Origin: Flavobacteriaceae bacterium
Lineage (GTDB): Bacteria > Bacteroidota > Bacteroidia > Flavobacteriales > Flavobacteriaceae
Reading direction: 5' to 3'
DNA length: 58,306 nucleotides
Assembly: GCA_965661025.1 (NCBI GenBank)
Contig: CBFICG010000001.1
Location: 1-58,306 of the forward strand
Shown in pieces: positions 30,081-38,211 of the stretch. The notes beneath the pieces were generated by a model. It saw nothing but the letters and a program-made list of their open reading frames with translations, did not search any database and was not told the DNA's origin. Made by a program: the position numbers and the translations under genes. How positions within the stretch are numbered: position 1 is the first letter of the stretch; each line of letters starts with the position of its first letter.

Positions 30081-30895
30081 TCTTTTTTATTTTTTGTGCC
30101 AACTGCTTTTGCTTTTTTGGCATTCACTTTGTCTTGTACTTTTTTCTCCTCATTGTTCATGGCTTCCAACAAATTCTGAACCTGTTGTGGCGATAATTGC
30201 TCCGGGCGTGTTTGTGGCTGCTGTTGCTGTTGCTCTTTCTCATTGTCACCTTGTTGATCTTGAGAGTCATTTTTGTCCGATTCTTTTTCGTCCTTTTCAT
30301 TGTCGCCCTCTTCGTCAGACTGATCTTTGTTTTCTTCCTGGTTTTCGCCTTCTTGTTCTTTGTCTTTATCTTTTTTATCTTGATTTTGATCGTTTTGCTG
30401 GTCTTGATTATCCTGCTTGTCTTCTTGATCTTGTTGGTCTTGATTTTGGTTTTCATCTTCCAACATTTTCTTAGCTAAGGCATAATTATAGCGTGTTTCG
30501 TCGTCGGAAGGGTTATTCCGCAGCGCATTTTTATAGGCTTCTACAGCGCCTTTATAGTCTTTAGCTTGCATCAAGGCATTGCCAATATTATGAAAGGTAC
30601 GGTGTTTGTTTGGGCGTTCTTTGGTGGTGTTTGTTACTTCGGCATAGGCACGCAACGCCTCGTCAACATAATTGTCTTGCTGCAGAGTAGCGCCCATATT
30701 ATAGCGGGCGATATCGGTTTTTGTGCCTGTTGCCACAGCACGACGGTAATTTTTTTCTGCCTCAACGCCATTCAGCGCATCAAAGGCTTCGTTGCCATCA
30801 AAAATAAAATTCTCTGCTTGCTGTATACGCGTTTCATCTTGCGCTGCAACCAGTAGCGGAAGCCAAAAAACAATACAAAATAACTTACGCATCAT
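30074..30895 (-). CDS. batC: BatC-like TPR protein with a long acidic D/E/Q/N/K low-complexity tail
   Basis: Signal peptide, TPR repeats (EAEKNYRRAV, IGNALMQAKDYKGAVEAYKNAL), then about 130 aa of DQQDQEDKQDNQDQQ... low-complexity sequence. Confidence 0.7.
   Translation of the reverse strand: MMRKLFCIVFWLPLLVAAQDETRIQQAENFIFDGNEAFDALNGVEAEKNYRRAVATGTKTDIARYNMGATLQQDNYVDEALRAYAEVTNTTKERPNKHRTFHNIGNALMQAKDYKGAVEAYKNALRNNPSDDETRYNYALAKKMLEDENQNQDQQDQEDKQDNQDQQNDQNQDKKDKDKEQEGENQEENKDQSDEEGDNEKDEKESDKNDSQDQQGDNEKEQQQQQPQTRPEQLSPQQVQNLLEAMNNEEKKVQDKVNAKKAKAVGTKNKKDW
30150..30480 (-). repeat. Low-complexity coding tract (acidic/Gln-rich disordered tail of BatC)
   Basis: The plus strand is strongly T/G/C-biased with gat/ctt/gtt-type triplets. 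This keeps ORFs open in three other frames, which I treat as artefacts. Confidence 0.8.
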
Positions 30896-31916
30896 GAAAT
30901 AGATTTAATCTTTTTAACCATTGCGTTTTTCGTAAAAATAAAAAGCCATCAAGCACTATCAAAAATAAGCCAATTCCCAAAAACCATTGAAATTGGTCCT
31001 TGAATTTAACAAATTGTTTGGCTTCAAATTCTTGTTTGTCCATTTCTTTTAAGCGGTCTATGATGGCTGTTACTACGGCATCGGTGTTACTGCCATCTAA
31101 AAATAGGCCGTCCGTTTCTTCGGCTATGGATTTCATCTGATCAAAGTCGCTTTTTGTAATTACCACCTCACCGTTAGCATCTTTTTTATAGGATATGGAA
31201 TTCCCCTGTTTAACCGGGATGACAGAACCTTTTTCCGTACCAACAACAACTGTAAAAAAGCGAATCCCTTGCGCAGCAGCTTGTTTGGCGGCTACCAATG
31301 CGTCTTCGCCATGATCTTCCCCATCAGAGATGATACAAACCACTCGGTTGGTTTGATTTTCATCGTCAAAATACGTTTCTGCCAATCGAGTTGCTGCAGA
31401 AATCGCTGTTCCCTGCGAGGAAACCATGTTGGTGTCTAAAGACGATAAAAACATACGTGCAGCAGCGTAGTCAGTAGTGATGGGCAAATGCGGAATCGCC
31501 GACGAGGCATAGGCAATAATACCCACGCGATCGCTAACCAATTGGTTGATTAGCTCGCTTGCCAATCGCTTGGCTTTTTCCAATCGGTTTGGCGCAATAT
31601 CTTCTGCCAACATGCTTTTAGATACATCTATCGCAAACACCAAATCGACCCCTTCGCGCTTTACTGTTTCTAGCTCCGTACCAATTTGAGGGTTAACCAA
31701 TCCCAAACAAATAAACACCAATCCCAGCCACAAAATTACTTGCTTTAACCACCCTTTAAAAAACGAACGCTCGGGTGCAATATGCGCCAACATCTCAACT
31801 GAAGCAAACGATTGTTGAACACGTTTTTTCCAGAGGGTAAATAGTGCGTATCCAAATGCTAAAACCGGAATAAGAAATAGCAAATAAAAATAGGTTGTTT
31901 GCTCGTACTGTATCAT
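30885..31916 (-). CDS. batB: BatB, vWA-domain membrane protein
   Basis: Two N-terminal TM segments and a vWA MIDAS motif DVSKSM (FAIDVSKSMLAED). Confidence 0.8.
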   Translation of the reverse strand: MIQYEQTTYFYLLFLIPVLAFGYALFTLWKKRVQQSFASVEMLAHIAPERSFFKGWLKQVILWLGLVFICLGLVNPQIGTELETVKREGVDLVFAIDVSKSMLAEDIAPNRLEKAKRLASELINQLVSDRVGIIAYASSAIPHLPITTDYAAARMFLSSLDTNMVSSQGTAISAATRLAETYFDDENQTNRVVCIISDGEDHGEDALVAAKQAAAQGIRFFTVVVGTEKGSVIPVKQGNSISYKKDANGEVVITKSDFDQMKSIAEETDGLFLDGSNTDAVVTAIIDRLKEMDKQEFEAKQFVKFKDQFQWFLGIGLFLIVLDGFLFLRKTQWLKRLNLFHDA

Positions 31917-32914
31917 GCCATTGCCGATTTAAATAGAGTGTGACGTAATATCCATTCCAGCAAGAGCGCAGCAATTGCCCATAAAACAAACCAACGAAAC
32001 TGTTCGTGGTATTTTGTGTAGCGAATTTCCTCCACCTCTGTACGCTCCAATTTGTCAATTTCCTTGTAGATGGCTTCTAATTTTTTGTTGTCCGTAGCGC
32101 GATAGTAACTGCCACCCGTTTCAACGGCAATAGATTTGAGTAACGCTTCATCGATTTCAACTTTAGTAAGTTGATATACAAAAGAGCCATCTGGTCTAAG
32201 TGCCACTGGTGCAGGTGCGCTGCCATTGCTTCCCAACCCAATGGTATAGGTTTTTATTCCAAATGAACTCGCCAATCCAGCCGCGGTTTTTGGATCCACA
32301 AAACCCGTATTGTTCACCCCGTCTGTCAGCAATATAATGACTTTGCTTTTGGCTTTGCTATCGCGTAATCTATTCACTGACGTAGCAAGCCCCATACCGA
32401 TAGCTGTTCCATCGTTAATCACGCCATCATAACTTACTTTACCAAGTACATCTACCACAAGAGCTTTGTCAGAAGTAATTGGTGCTTTGGTATAACTTTC
32501 TCCTGCATACACCACCAAACCAATGCGGTCTGAAGTGCGTTTGGCAATAAAATCTGCGGCTACTTTTTTTAATGCCGATAAGCGGTTTGGCTTTAAATCT
32601 CGGGCAAGCATACTTGATGAAACATCGATTGCCATCACAATGTCAATCCCTTTGTTTGTTTTGGTTTGTGTGCTTACATCTTGCGTTTGTGGGCGTGCCA
32701 AAGCCACTACAATAAGCGCAATTGCCAACATGCGCAACACAACCAAAAGGGGTTGCCATTTGGGTAATCTCCCCGTTTTTGTAAAGGCTTTAACACTTGG
32801 ATTAAGAACATGTGCCACGTGCTTTTTGCGTGAGAAAACATGCCACCCAACAAGAAGTGGAATAAGTAGAAGTCCCCAGAAAAACTCAGGATTAGCGAAA
32901 GTGTATTCCATCAT
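31913..32914 (-). CDS. batA: BatA, vWA-domain membrane protein
   Basis: N-terminal TM segments, MIDAS motif DVSSSM (MAIDVSSSMLARD) and a C-terminal TM segment. Confidence 0.8.
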   Translation of the reverse strand: MMEYTFANPEFFWGLLLIPLLVGWHVFSRKKHVAHVLNPSVKAFTKTGRLPKWQPLLVVLRMLAIALIVVALARPQTQDVSTQTKTNKGIDIVMAIDVSSSMLARDLKPNRLSALKKVAADFIAKRTSDRIGLVVYAGESYTKAPITSDKALVVDVLGKVSYDGVINDGTAIGMGLATSVNRLRDSKAKSKVIILLTDGVNNTGFVDPKTAAGLASSFGIKTYTIGLGSNGSAPAPVALRPDGSFVYQLTKVEIDEALLKSIAVETGGSYYRATDNKKLEAIYKEIDKLERTEVEEIRYTKYHEQFRWFVLWAIAALLLEWILRHTLFKSAMA

Positions 32915-33022
32915 GGGGTTTCGGGTTTAAATTGAATACTGCCTAAAATACGTGCTATGAGATCTTTGGCGTAACGGTCGTCGCGATCGTAAACCAATTG
33001 TAGTTGCTGAAAGCCCTTATTC

Positions 33023-34498
33023 TCAGTAAAGTGATATACTTCGTATGTTTTTCGTTGGGACTTGCCGTTTTTTTTTAGTCCAATCAAACGACCCTGAAGC
33101 AAGAATCCCTTCTATGCCTGAGGTGGTGGAATAATCGTTTTGTTTTTGAAAGATATTTGTTGCACCCATACTGTCAAAATAGCCAATCACTTTATCTACC
33201 TTTTGCTGTAAGTCAATCGTTTGTTCTTCTTTTGATTTTGTGTGTTCCATATACAGCACAATCAAAAAAGCATCGTCCAAACTGCCCAGTACAAACTGTT
33301 GATTCAATCGATTTTGTAACGCCTTTCGCCCCAATACATCCGGCGATTCAAGAACCATTTGGGAAATACCGTAGCTGCTTGTAATCCAATCTTGTTCTAG
33401 CCACGCCAAGGTTGGGTGTCCAAAAACACGATCTTTGGCTTGCACTGCGCCATAGTTAAAAATCATAACAACAGAAGCAACTACCAGAACTCCGAAAAGA
33501 GAAAATCCTGCAATTTTAAGGCGTTTCCGTTGCTGTTCTTTGCGCCGCATTAAAGCATAGGCTTCGTTTTTAAGGCGTTCTTCTTCTGTGGGTTCGGGAA
33601 GTGCTTCTTGGGTCTGTTTTACAACTGCCTCAATTTTAGTTCTGTCAACACGTGCCAAACGTTCTTCGGGCATTGCCCGAGCAAATTTTACCAAATCAGC
33701 TGTGAGCAAGACCTCTTTAAGGTGATCGATAGTTTCGGAAGTTAAATCCAAATTTCCCGTATCGCGAAGTAATTCTAATTTTGCCAACAGTTCGTCTGAG
33801 GTACTTTCTAAGGCATCGATATGCGCTTCATCCTCTAAGTAACTTTTAACAATATCCGTCATTTCAGAGTAGTAGCCTTTGTATTCTTCTTGTTTGCTTA
33901 ACTGTTTGTTTTCGAGGGCTTGCAGGGCTTGAATAGCACGCTCAAAAGGAGGCAATTGCCTACGACTGTCACGAATGCGTTGTTGTGTTCTAGCTATAAA
34001 CATATACGCTAGTGCAAGGAGTAGGCAAATCAAAAAGCCATATGCGTAGGGTTTCCACCAGCCTGTGGTGTTTTTTGCCATAGGCAAAATGGTTTTGATT
34101 GGAAACAGCGGTTGCTGTAAGGTGTCTACCTCAACATCATAAACGTGAATTTGTAGCGAATCTGTAGTAAATAAATTGCCTCCAACCACTACTTTTTGGG
34201 CAGGCAGTGTAAATTGTCCGGTATCAAATTGGATGACAGCATATGTTTTGGAAAAGGTTAAAATTTTATTTGAAACCAGTGTGTCAACAGCTGTGGTATC
34301 TATCACTTCAAAAGGGCGAAATGCTTGTAATGGAGGAAACTTTACTAGCGCATCTTTTTCTGAGGAAACTGTGATTTTCACATTGATTTGCTCAGCGAGT
34401 TTCACGTTTAATGTATCTGCACTAAGGCTTACTTGGGTTTGTGCCATTGCCCATACAGAACCCAAAATAAACACTAAAAAACGAAACAATCTATCCAC
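33023..34498 (-). CDS. BatD-like N-domain fused to a DUF4381-like TM/helical module; the C-terminus is probably truncated by a frameshift at an A9 tract
   Basis: Signal peptide, a beta-rich domain, a TM segment, then PPFERAIQALQAL...LTADLVKFARAMP (DUF4381-like). The reading frame plausibly continues into ORF 32911..33102 after a -1 nt correction at 33068..33076. Confidence 0.6.
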   Translation of the reverse strand: MDRLFRFLVFILGSVWAMAQTQVSLSADTLNVKLAEQINVKITVSSEKDALVKFPPLQAFRPFEVIDTTAVDTLVSNKILTFSKTYAVIQFDTGQFTLPAQKVVVGGNLFTTDSLQIHVYDVEVDTLQQPLFPIKTILPMAKNTTGWWKPYAYGFLICLLLALAYMFIARTQQRIRDSRRQLPPFERAIQALQALENKQLSKQEEYKGYYSEMTDIVKSYLEDEAHIDALESTSDELLAKLELLRDTGNLDLTSETIDHLKEVLLTADLVKFARAMPEERLARVDRTKIEAVVKQTQEALPEPTEEERLKNEAYALMRRKEQQRKRLKIAGFSLFGVLVVASVVMIFNYGAVQAKDRVFGHPTLAWLEQDWITSSYGISQMVLESPDVLGRKALQNRLNQQFVLGSLDDAFLIVLYMEHTKSKEEQTIDLQQKVDKVIGYFDSMGATNIFQKQNDYSTTSGIEGILASGSFDWTKKKRQVPTKNIRSISLY

Positions 34499-35363
34499 GG
34501 TTTTTAAAATACGTTAGTAATTTTTTGACATAGCTTTCGTTTGTTGCGCATGAAAGCGCACCCGCGCCGTGCCGAGTAAATTGGGTAGTGAAATAGTCCG
34601 CAGTTTTGCGATGCGCAAGCGCATAGGCAGAACGGACACTTCTAGAAGAGCTATTCACCCATTGGTGGTTGCCTGTTTCGGCATCGCGCATGTAGAGCAA
34701 TCCCGCAGCAGGAAGTTTAGCTTCCATTGGGTCAAAAAGGCGAATGCCCGTAAGGTCGTGTTTACGTGCAGCTAACTGTACCGCTTGATCGTAATCGGAA
34801 TCTAAAAAATCAGAAAGAACAAATACAATTGCGCGCTTTTTTAGAATGCGACTCATAAATTCTAGCGCAGTCGATATATCGGTTTTTGGGCTTTTTGGCT
34901 TCTGTTCTAACAGTTCTCTAATAATACGTAGCACATGCGACTTCCCTTTTTTGGGTGCTATAAAAAGCTCCACCTCATCAGAAAAGAGGAGTAGCCCCAC
35001 TTTGTCGTTGTTTTGCAAAGCAGAAAAGGCAAGCGTTGCAGCAATTTCTGTAATGGTATCACGCTTTAGCTGTTGTTGAGTTCCAAAATTCGCAGAGCCA
35101 CTAACATCTACCAGTAGCATTAGTGTAAGCTCGCGTTCTTCTTCAAAAACCTTGACATAAGGCTCTTGATAACGTGCGGTAACATTCCAGTCTATAGCCC
35201 TTACATCATCTCCATATTGGTACTGACGCACCTCGCTAAAGGTCATCCCACGACCTTTAAAGGTACTGTGGTATTCGCCACCAAAAATATGGTTGCTTAA
35301 TCGGCGGGTTTTAATCTCGATTTTCCGAACTTTCTTTAAAAGCTCCTTTGTATCCATAAGCAA
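34491..35363 (-). CDS. DUF58 domain protein (vWA-like, MoxR partner)
   Basis: GEYHSTFKGRGMTFSEVRQYQYGDDVRAIDWNVTAR is the canonical DUF58 motif. Confidence 0.85.
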   Translation of the reverse strand: MLMDTKELLKKVRKIEIKTRRLSNHIFGGEYHSTFKGRGMTFSEVRQYQYGDDVRAIDWNVTARYQEPYVKVFEEERELTLMLLVDVSGSANFGTQQQLKRDTITEIAATLAFSALQNNDKVGLLLFSDEVELFIAPKKGKSHVLRIIRELLEQKPKSPKTDISTALEFMSRILKKRAIVFVLSDFLDSDYDQAVQLAARKHDLTGIRLFDPMEAKLPAAGLLYMRDAETGNHQWVNSSSRSVRSAYALAHRKTADYFTTQFTRHGAGALSCATNESYVKKLLTYFKNRG

Positions 35364-35378
35364 AAAAGTGACGTTGGT

Positions 35379-36377
35379 CTAGGGTACTTCTACCGCATTT
35401 ACAATGCGTTGAATGATCTCTTCTGAACTGATGTTTTCGGCTTCTGCCTCATAGGTAATTCCAATACGGTGACGCAATACATCAAAAATTACAGCGCGTA
35501 CATCTTCAGGAATTACATAGCCTCTGCGCTTGATAAAAGCATAGCATTTGGCTGCCATTGCCAAATTGATACTTCCCCTTGGTGATGCACCAAAACTAAT
35601 GAGTGGCTTTAGTGATTGTAATTTGTACTGCTCGGGATAGCGCGTGGCAAAAATCAAATCCAAAATATATTTCTCAATTTTTTCGTCCATATACACTTCA
35701 CGAACTGCTTTTTGTGCTTTGCTTATTTGAGCCGTTGAAATGACCGGTTTAATTGTGCCAAAAGAGTCATTAAGATTGGCACGGACAATTTGCTGTTCGT
35801 CTGCAAGCTTAGGATAATCAATAATTACTTTAAGCATAAAACGGTCAACTTGTGCTTCAGGGAGCGGGTAGGTTCCTTCTTGTTCTACAGGGTTTTGGGT
35901 TGCCATTACCAAAAACGGTAACTTTAGCTTAAACGTTTCTTCCCCAATGGTAACTTGCTTTTCTTGCATGGCTTCAAGCAGGGCAGACTGCACTTTGGCA
36001 GGGGCACGATTGATTTCATCCGCTAAAACAAAGTTGGCAAAAACAGGTCCTTTTTTGATGCTAAAATCATTTTCTTTGGTGTTGTAAATCATCGTACCAA
36101 TCACGTCTGCAGGGAGTAAATCAGGGGTAAACTGAATACGGCTAAAGCTCCCTTTTACAGCTTTGCTAAGGGTATTGATAGCGAGTGTTTTTGCTAACCC
36201 TGGAACGCCCTCTAATAAAATATGCCCTTGCCCCAACAGCCCGATCAAAAGGCGTTCTACCATGTGTTGTTGTCCTACAATAACCTTATTTATTTCTAAG
36301 GTAAGAATGTCAACGAAAGCACTTTCTTTTTCTATGCGCTCATTCAGCGCTTTGATGTCTACAGCGGTATCGCTCAT
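35379..36377 (-). CDS. MoxR family AAA+ ATPase
   Basis: Walker A LLEGVPGLAKT, Walker B VLADEINRA, and the typical 332-aa MoxR size. Confidence 0.9.
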   Translation of the reverse strand: MSDTAVDIKALNERIEKESAFVDILTLEINKVIVGQQHMVERLLIGLLGQGHILLEGVPGLAKTLAINTLSKAVKGSFSRIQFTPDLLPADVIGTMIYNTKENDFSIKKGPVFANFVLADEINRAPAKVQSALLEAMQEKQVTIGEETFKLKLPFLVMATQNPVEQEGTYPLPEAQVDRFMLKVIIDYPKLADEQQIVRANLNDSFGTIKPVISTAQISKAQKAVREVYMDEKIEKYILDLIFATRYPEQYKLQSLKPLISFGASPRGSINLAMAAKCYAFIKRRGYVIPEDVRAVIFDVLRHRIGITYEAEAENISSEEIIQRIVNAVEVP

Positions 36378-36482
36378 TGTTTAGTTGTTTACAGTTTTTG
36401 CCGCAAAATCAAAAAAAATGTGCAGCAGGGTTGTTAATAATAGGTTAAAAATAGGGTTTCCCTTCTTCTTTACAAAAATAGA

Positions 36483-36506
36483 TTACAAAGGTTTTTACCT
36501 TTGTAA
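36483..36506. promoter_or_regulatory. Perfect palindrome TTACAAAGGT-TTTT-ACCTTTGTAA (candidate operator) overlapping a TAccTTTG -7 box
   Basis: The 10-bp arms are exact reverse complements. TACCTTTG (36496..36503) matches TAnnTTTG and ends 16 nt before ATG 36519. Confidence 0.45.
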
Positions 36507-36518
36507 GAAATCAATGTC

Positions 36519-37655
36519 ATGATTAACAAAAGACTGCTCATCAAAAACCTATTGGCACACAACGATGAGAACAGTTTTTACGATAAAAAAAGACAGCTGA
36601 ACTTGGGCACTAAAGAAGGTAAAGCCAAGTTTCTGAAACACATTTGTGCGCTTTCAAACTCCAATCCTAAAAACAATTCCTACATTGTGGTGGGCGTACA
36701 CGACGAAGACAATGAAATTGTTGGGGTAGATTTTTTTGACGATGCCAAACTGCAAAACCTTATCAATGCCTATTTAGAAAATCCACCATTAGTCCTCTAT
36801 GAAAACATTCATTTTCCACACTTACCTCAAGGAAAAGTAGTTGGGTTAGTCACCATCAGACCAACTAATAAAATGACTGCACTACGAAAAAATATCTGGA
36901 AATATTATGGCGGTTCGGTGTTTTTTAGAGATGGTAGTATTTCGATGTCTAAGATTTTTGATTTGCAACTTAAGGATGTCAATTCGGAAGTGGTTGCCGA
37001 AATTGAAAAGCATGCACATAACAACATCGAACTAACTCTCGATGGAGTTATTGACTTTGTACACCGTTATGACAGCAGTTTACACCCGCAGTACAAAGTG
37101 TTTAAAGAATCTTTTGTGGTGTGTTGGGCAGGATTGGAAAAAAGAGTGAAAGAAAAAAGCTATTTCTCACGCGTAGATGTAGAGCTAATCAACGAACATG
37201 TTAAGCTGTTTTATTCGGCACACGATGAAGTGGAAATTGAGGTTAGTGCACATTCGTTTAGTTTGATTGAATATGTCCGTTTGGGGTTTAATGACCGTTA
37301 TAAATACTATCCGCTAGAGCGGATGTCATTTTTGTTTGACGATAAAGGCTCGTACCAAATTGACTCCGAGTTTTTGTTTACTCCTCCCAAATTTGAAAAG
37401 AAATTAATCCATCACATTTATAACGCCAACAATGCACTTTGTGAAAAATTGCACAACAACACTAGCCTTTCCAAAAACGAAAAAGCCGATATCATCAATA
37501 TAGCGCCTACCTATATGTTATGCTATCTGAACGGATTTGAAGAAGCAAAAGACAAACTGCAAGGACTTTCTGAGATGATGAAAAAGCAAGGTGAGGGTGC
37601 CTACCAAAGTCTTAAGGATACGCTTCGGGTTTTACGTAAAATTAAATATCACTAA
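36519..37655 (+). CDS. AlbA_2 (Schlafen-like, divergent-AAA) N-domain protein with an unrecognised ~230-aa C-terminal region
   Basis: The N-terminus DENSFYDKK...KFLKHICALSNSNPKNNSYIVVGVHDEDNEIVGVD parallels the AlbA_2 pattern E-x4-E-x-K ... i-x-AfaNt-x-GG-x-l-x-iGV-x-D-x-G-x-i-x-GV. The rest has no motif I recognise. Confidence 0.5.
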   Translation: MINKRLLIKNLLAHNDENSFYDKKRQLNLGTKEGKAKFLKHICALSNSNPKNNSYIVVGVHDEDNEIVGVDFFDDAKLQNLINAYLENPPLVLYENIHFPHLPQGKVVGLVTIRPTNKMTALRKNIWKYYGGSVFFRDGSISMSKIFDLQLKDVNSEVVAEIEKHAHNNIELTLDGVIDFVHRYDSSLHPQYKVFKESFVVCWAGLEKRVKEKSYFSRVDVELINEHVKLFYSAHDEVEIEVSAHSFSLIEYVRLGFNDRYKYYPLERMSFLFDDKGSYQIDSEFLFTPPKFEKKLIHHIYNANNALCEKLHNNTSLSKNEKADIINIAPTYMLCYLNGFEEAKDKLQGLSEMMKKQGEGAYQSLKDTLRVLRKIKYH

Positions 37656-38211
37656 ACAGCTGATGCTCCTGAATATAGGCAAAAACAGCTTCGGGAAGCC
37701 ATGTTTTGAGGGTGTGCAAATCCTTCTGTGCACGAATCTGCGTGGCAGAAATGTCTTGCAAGGATACGTTTTGAAGAACCATTTCCGAAGAAATATTTTC
37801 CAAAACCGTTCCCTTTCGAGGATAAATTATGCGCGGAAATTGCATTATGTAGTCTGGGTTTTTCCAACGTGAAAGCGTTGCTTCGCTATCTGCGCCAAGC
37901 AATACTATAAAGGTGCAATTCGGATTTTCTTGCGTGAGTTTTTTTAAGGTTTCAGCGGTGTAGCTCGGTTTTGGCATATGCAATTCTATATCATCTGGAA
38001 TCATATTTTGCTGCTGTTCTAAGGCTAGCTTTAACATGTTCCAGCGGTGCGTTTCGGGGAGCAAATCGGCTGTGGTCTTATGTGGATTATGTGGGCTTAA
38101 TACAAAATGGATTTCATCTGCTTTTTGCTGTTTTATCACTTCTTTTGCAATATAAATATGCCCCATATGAATGGGGTTAAAACTGCCAAAAAAAAGCGCA
38201 ACCCTTTTCAT
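37642..38211 (-). CDS. nadD: Nicotinate-nucleotide adenylyltransferase
   Basis: FFGSFNPIHMGH motif and a C-terminal ISATQIR motif. Confidence 0.9.
   Translation of the reverse strand: MKRVALFFGSFNPIHMGHIYIAKEVIKQQKADEIHFVLSPHNPHKTTADLLPETHRWNMLKLALEQQQNMIPDDIELHMPKPSYTAETLKKLTQENPNCTFIVLLGADSEATLSRWKNPDYIMQFPRIIYPRKGTVLENISSEMVLQNVSLQDISATQIRAQKDLHTLKTWLPEAVFAYIQEHQLFSDI

Noticed and set aside
29920-30478. ORFs 29920..30474 (+, 184 aa), 30197..30478 (+, 93 aa) and 30157..30456 (-, 99 aa)
   Set aside because: All are kept open by the triplet-biased low-complexity tract encoding the BatC acidic tail. Their translations are poly-Leu/Phe or poly-Lys/Thr nonsense.
32911-33102. 63-aa minus-strand ORF as an independent gene
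   Set aside because: It starts inside the upstream gene, has no independent start context, and joins that gene in frame after removing one A from the A9 tract. I interpret it as the displaced C-terminus.
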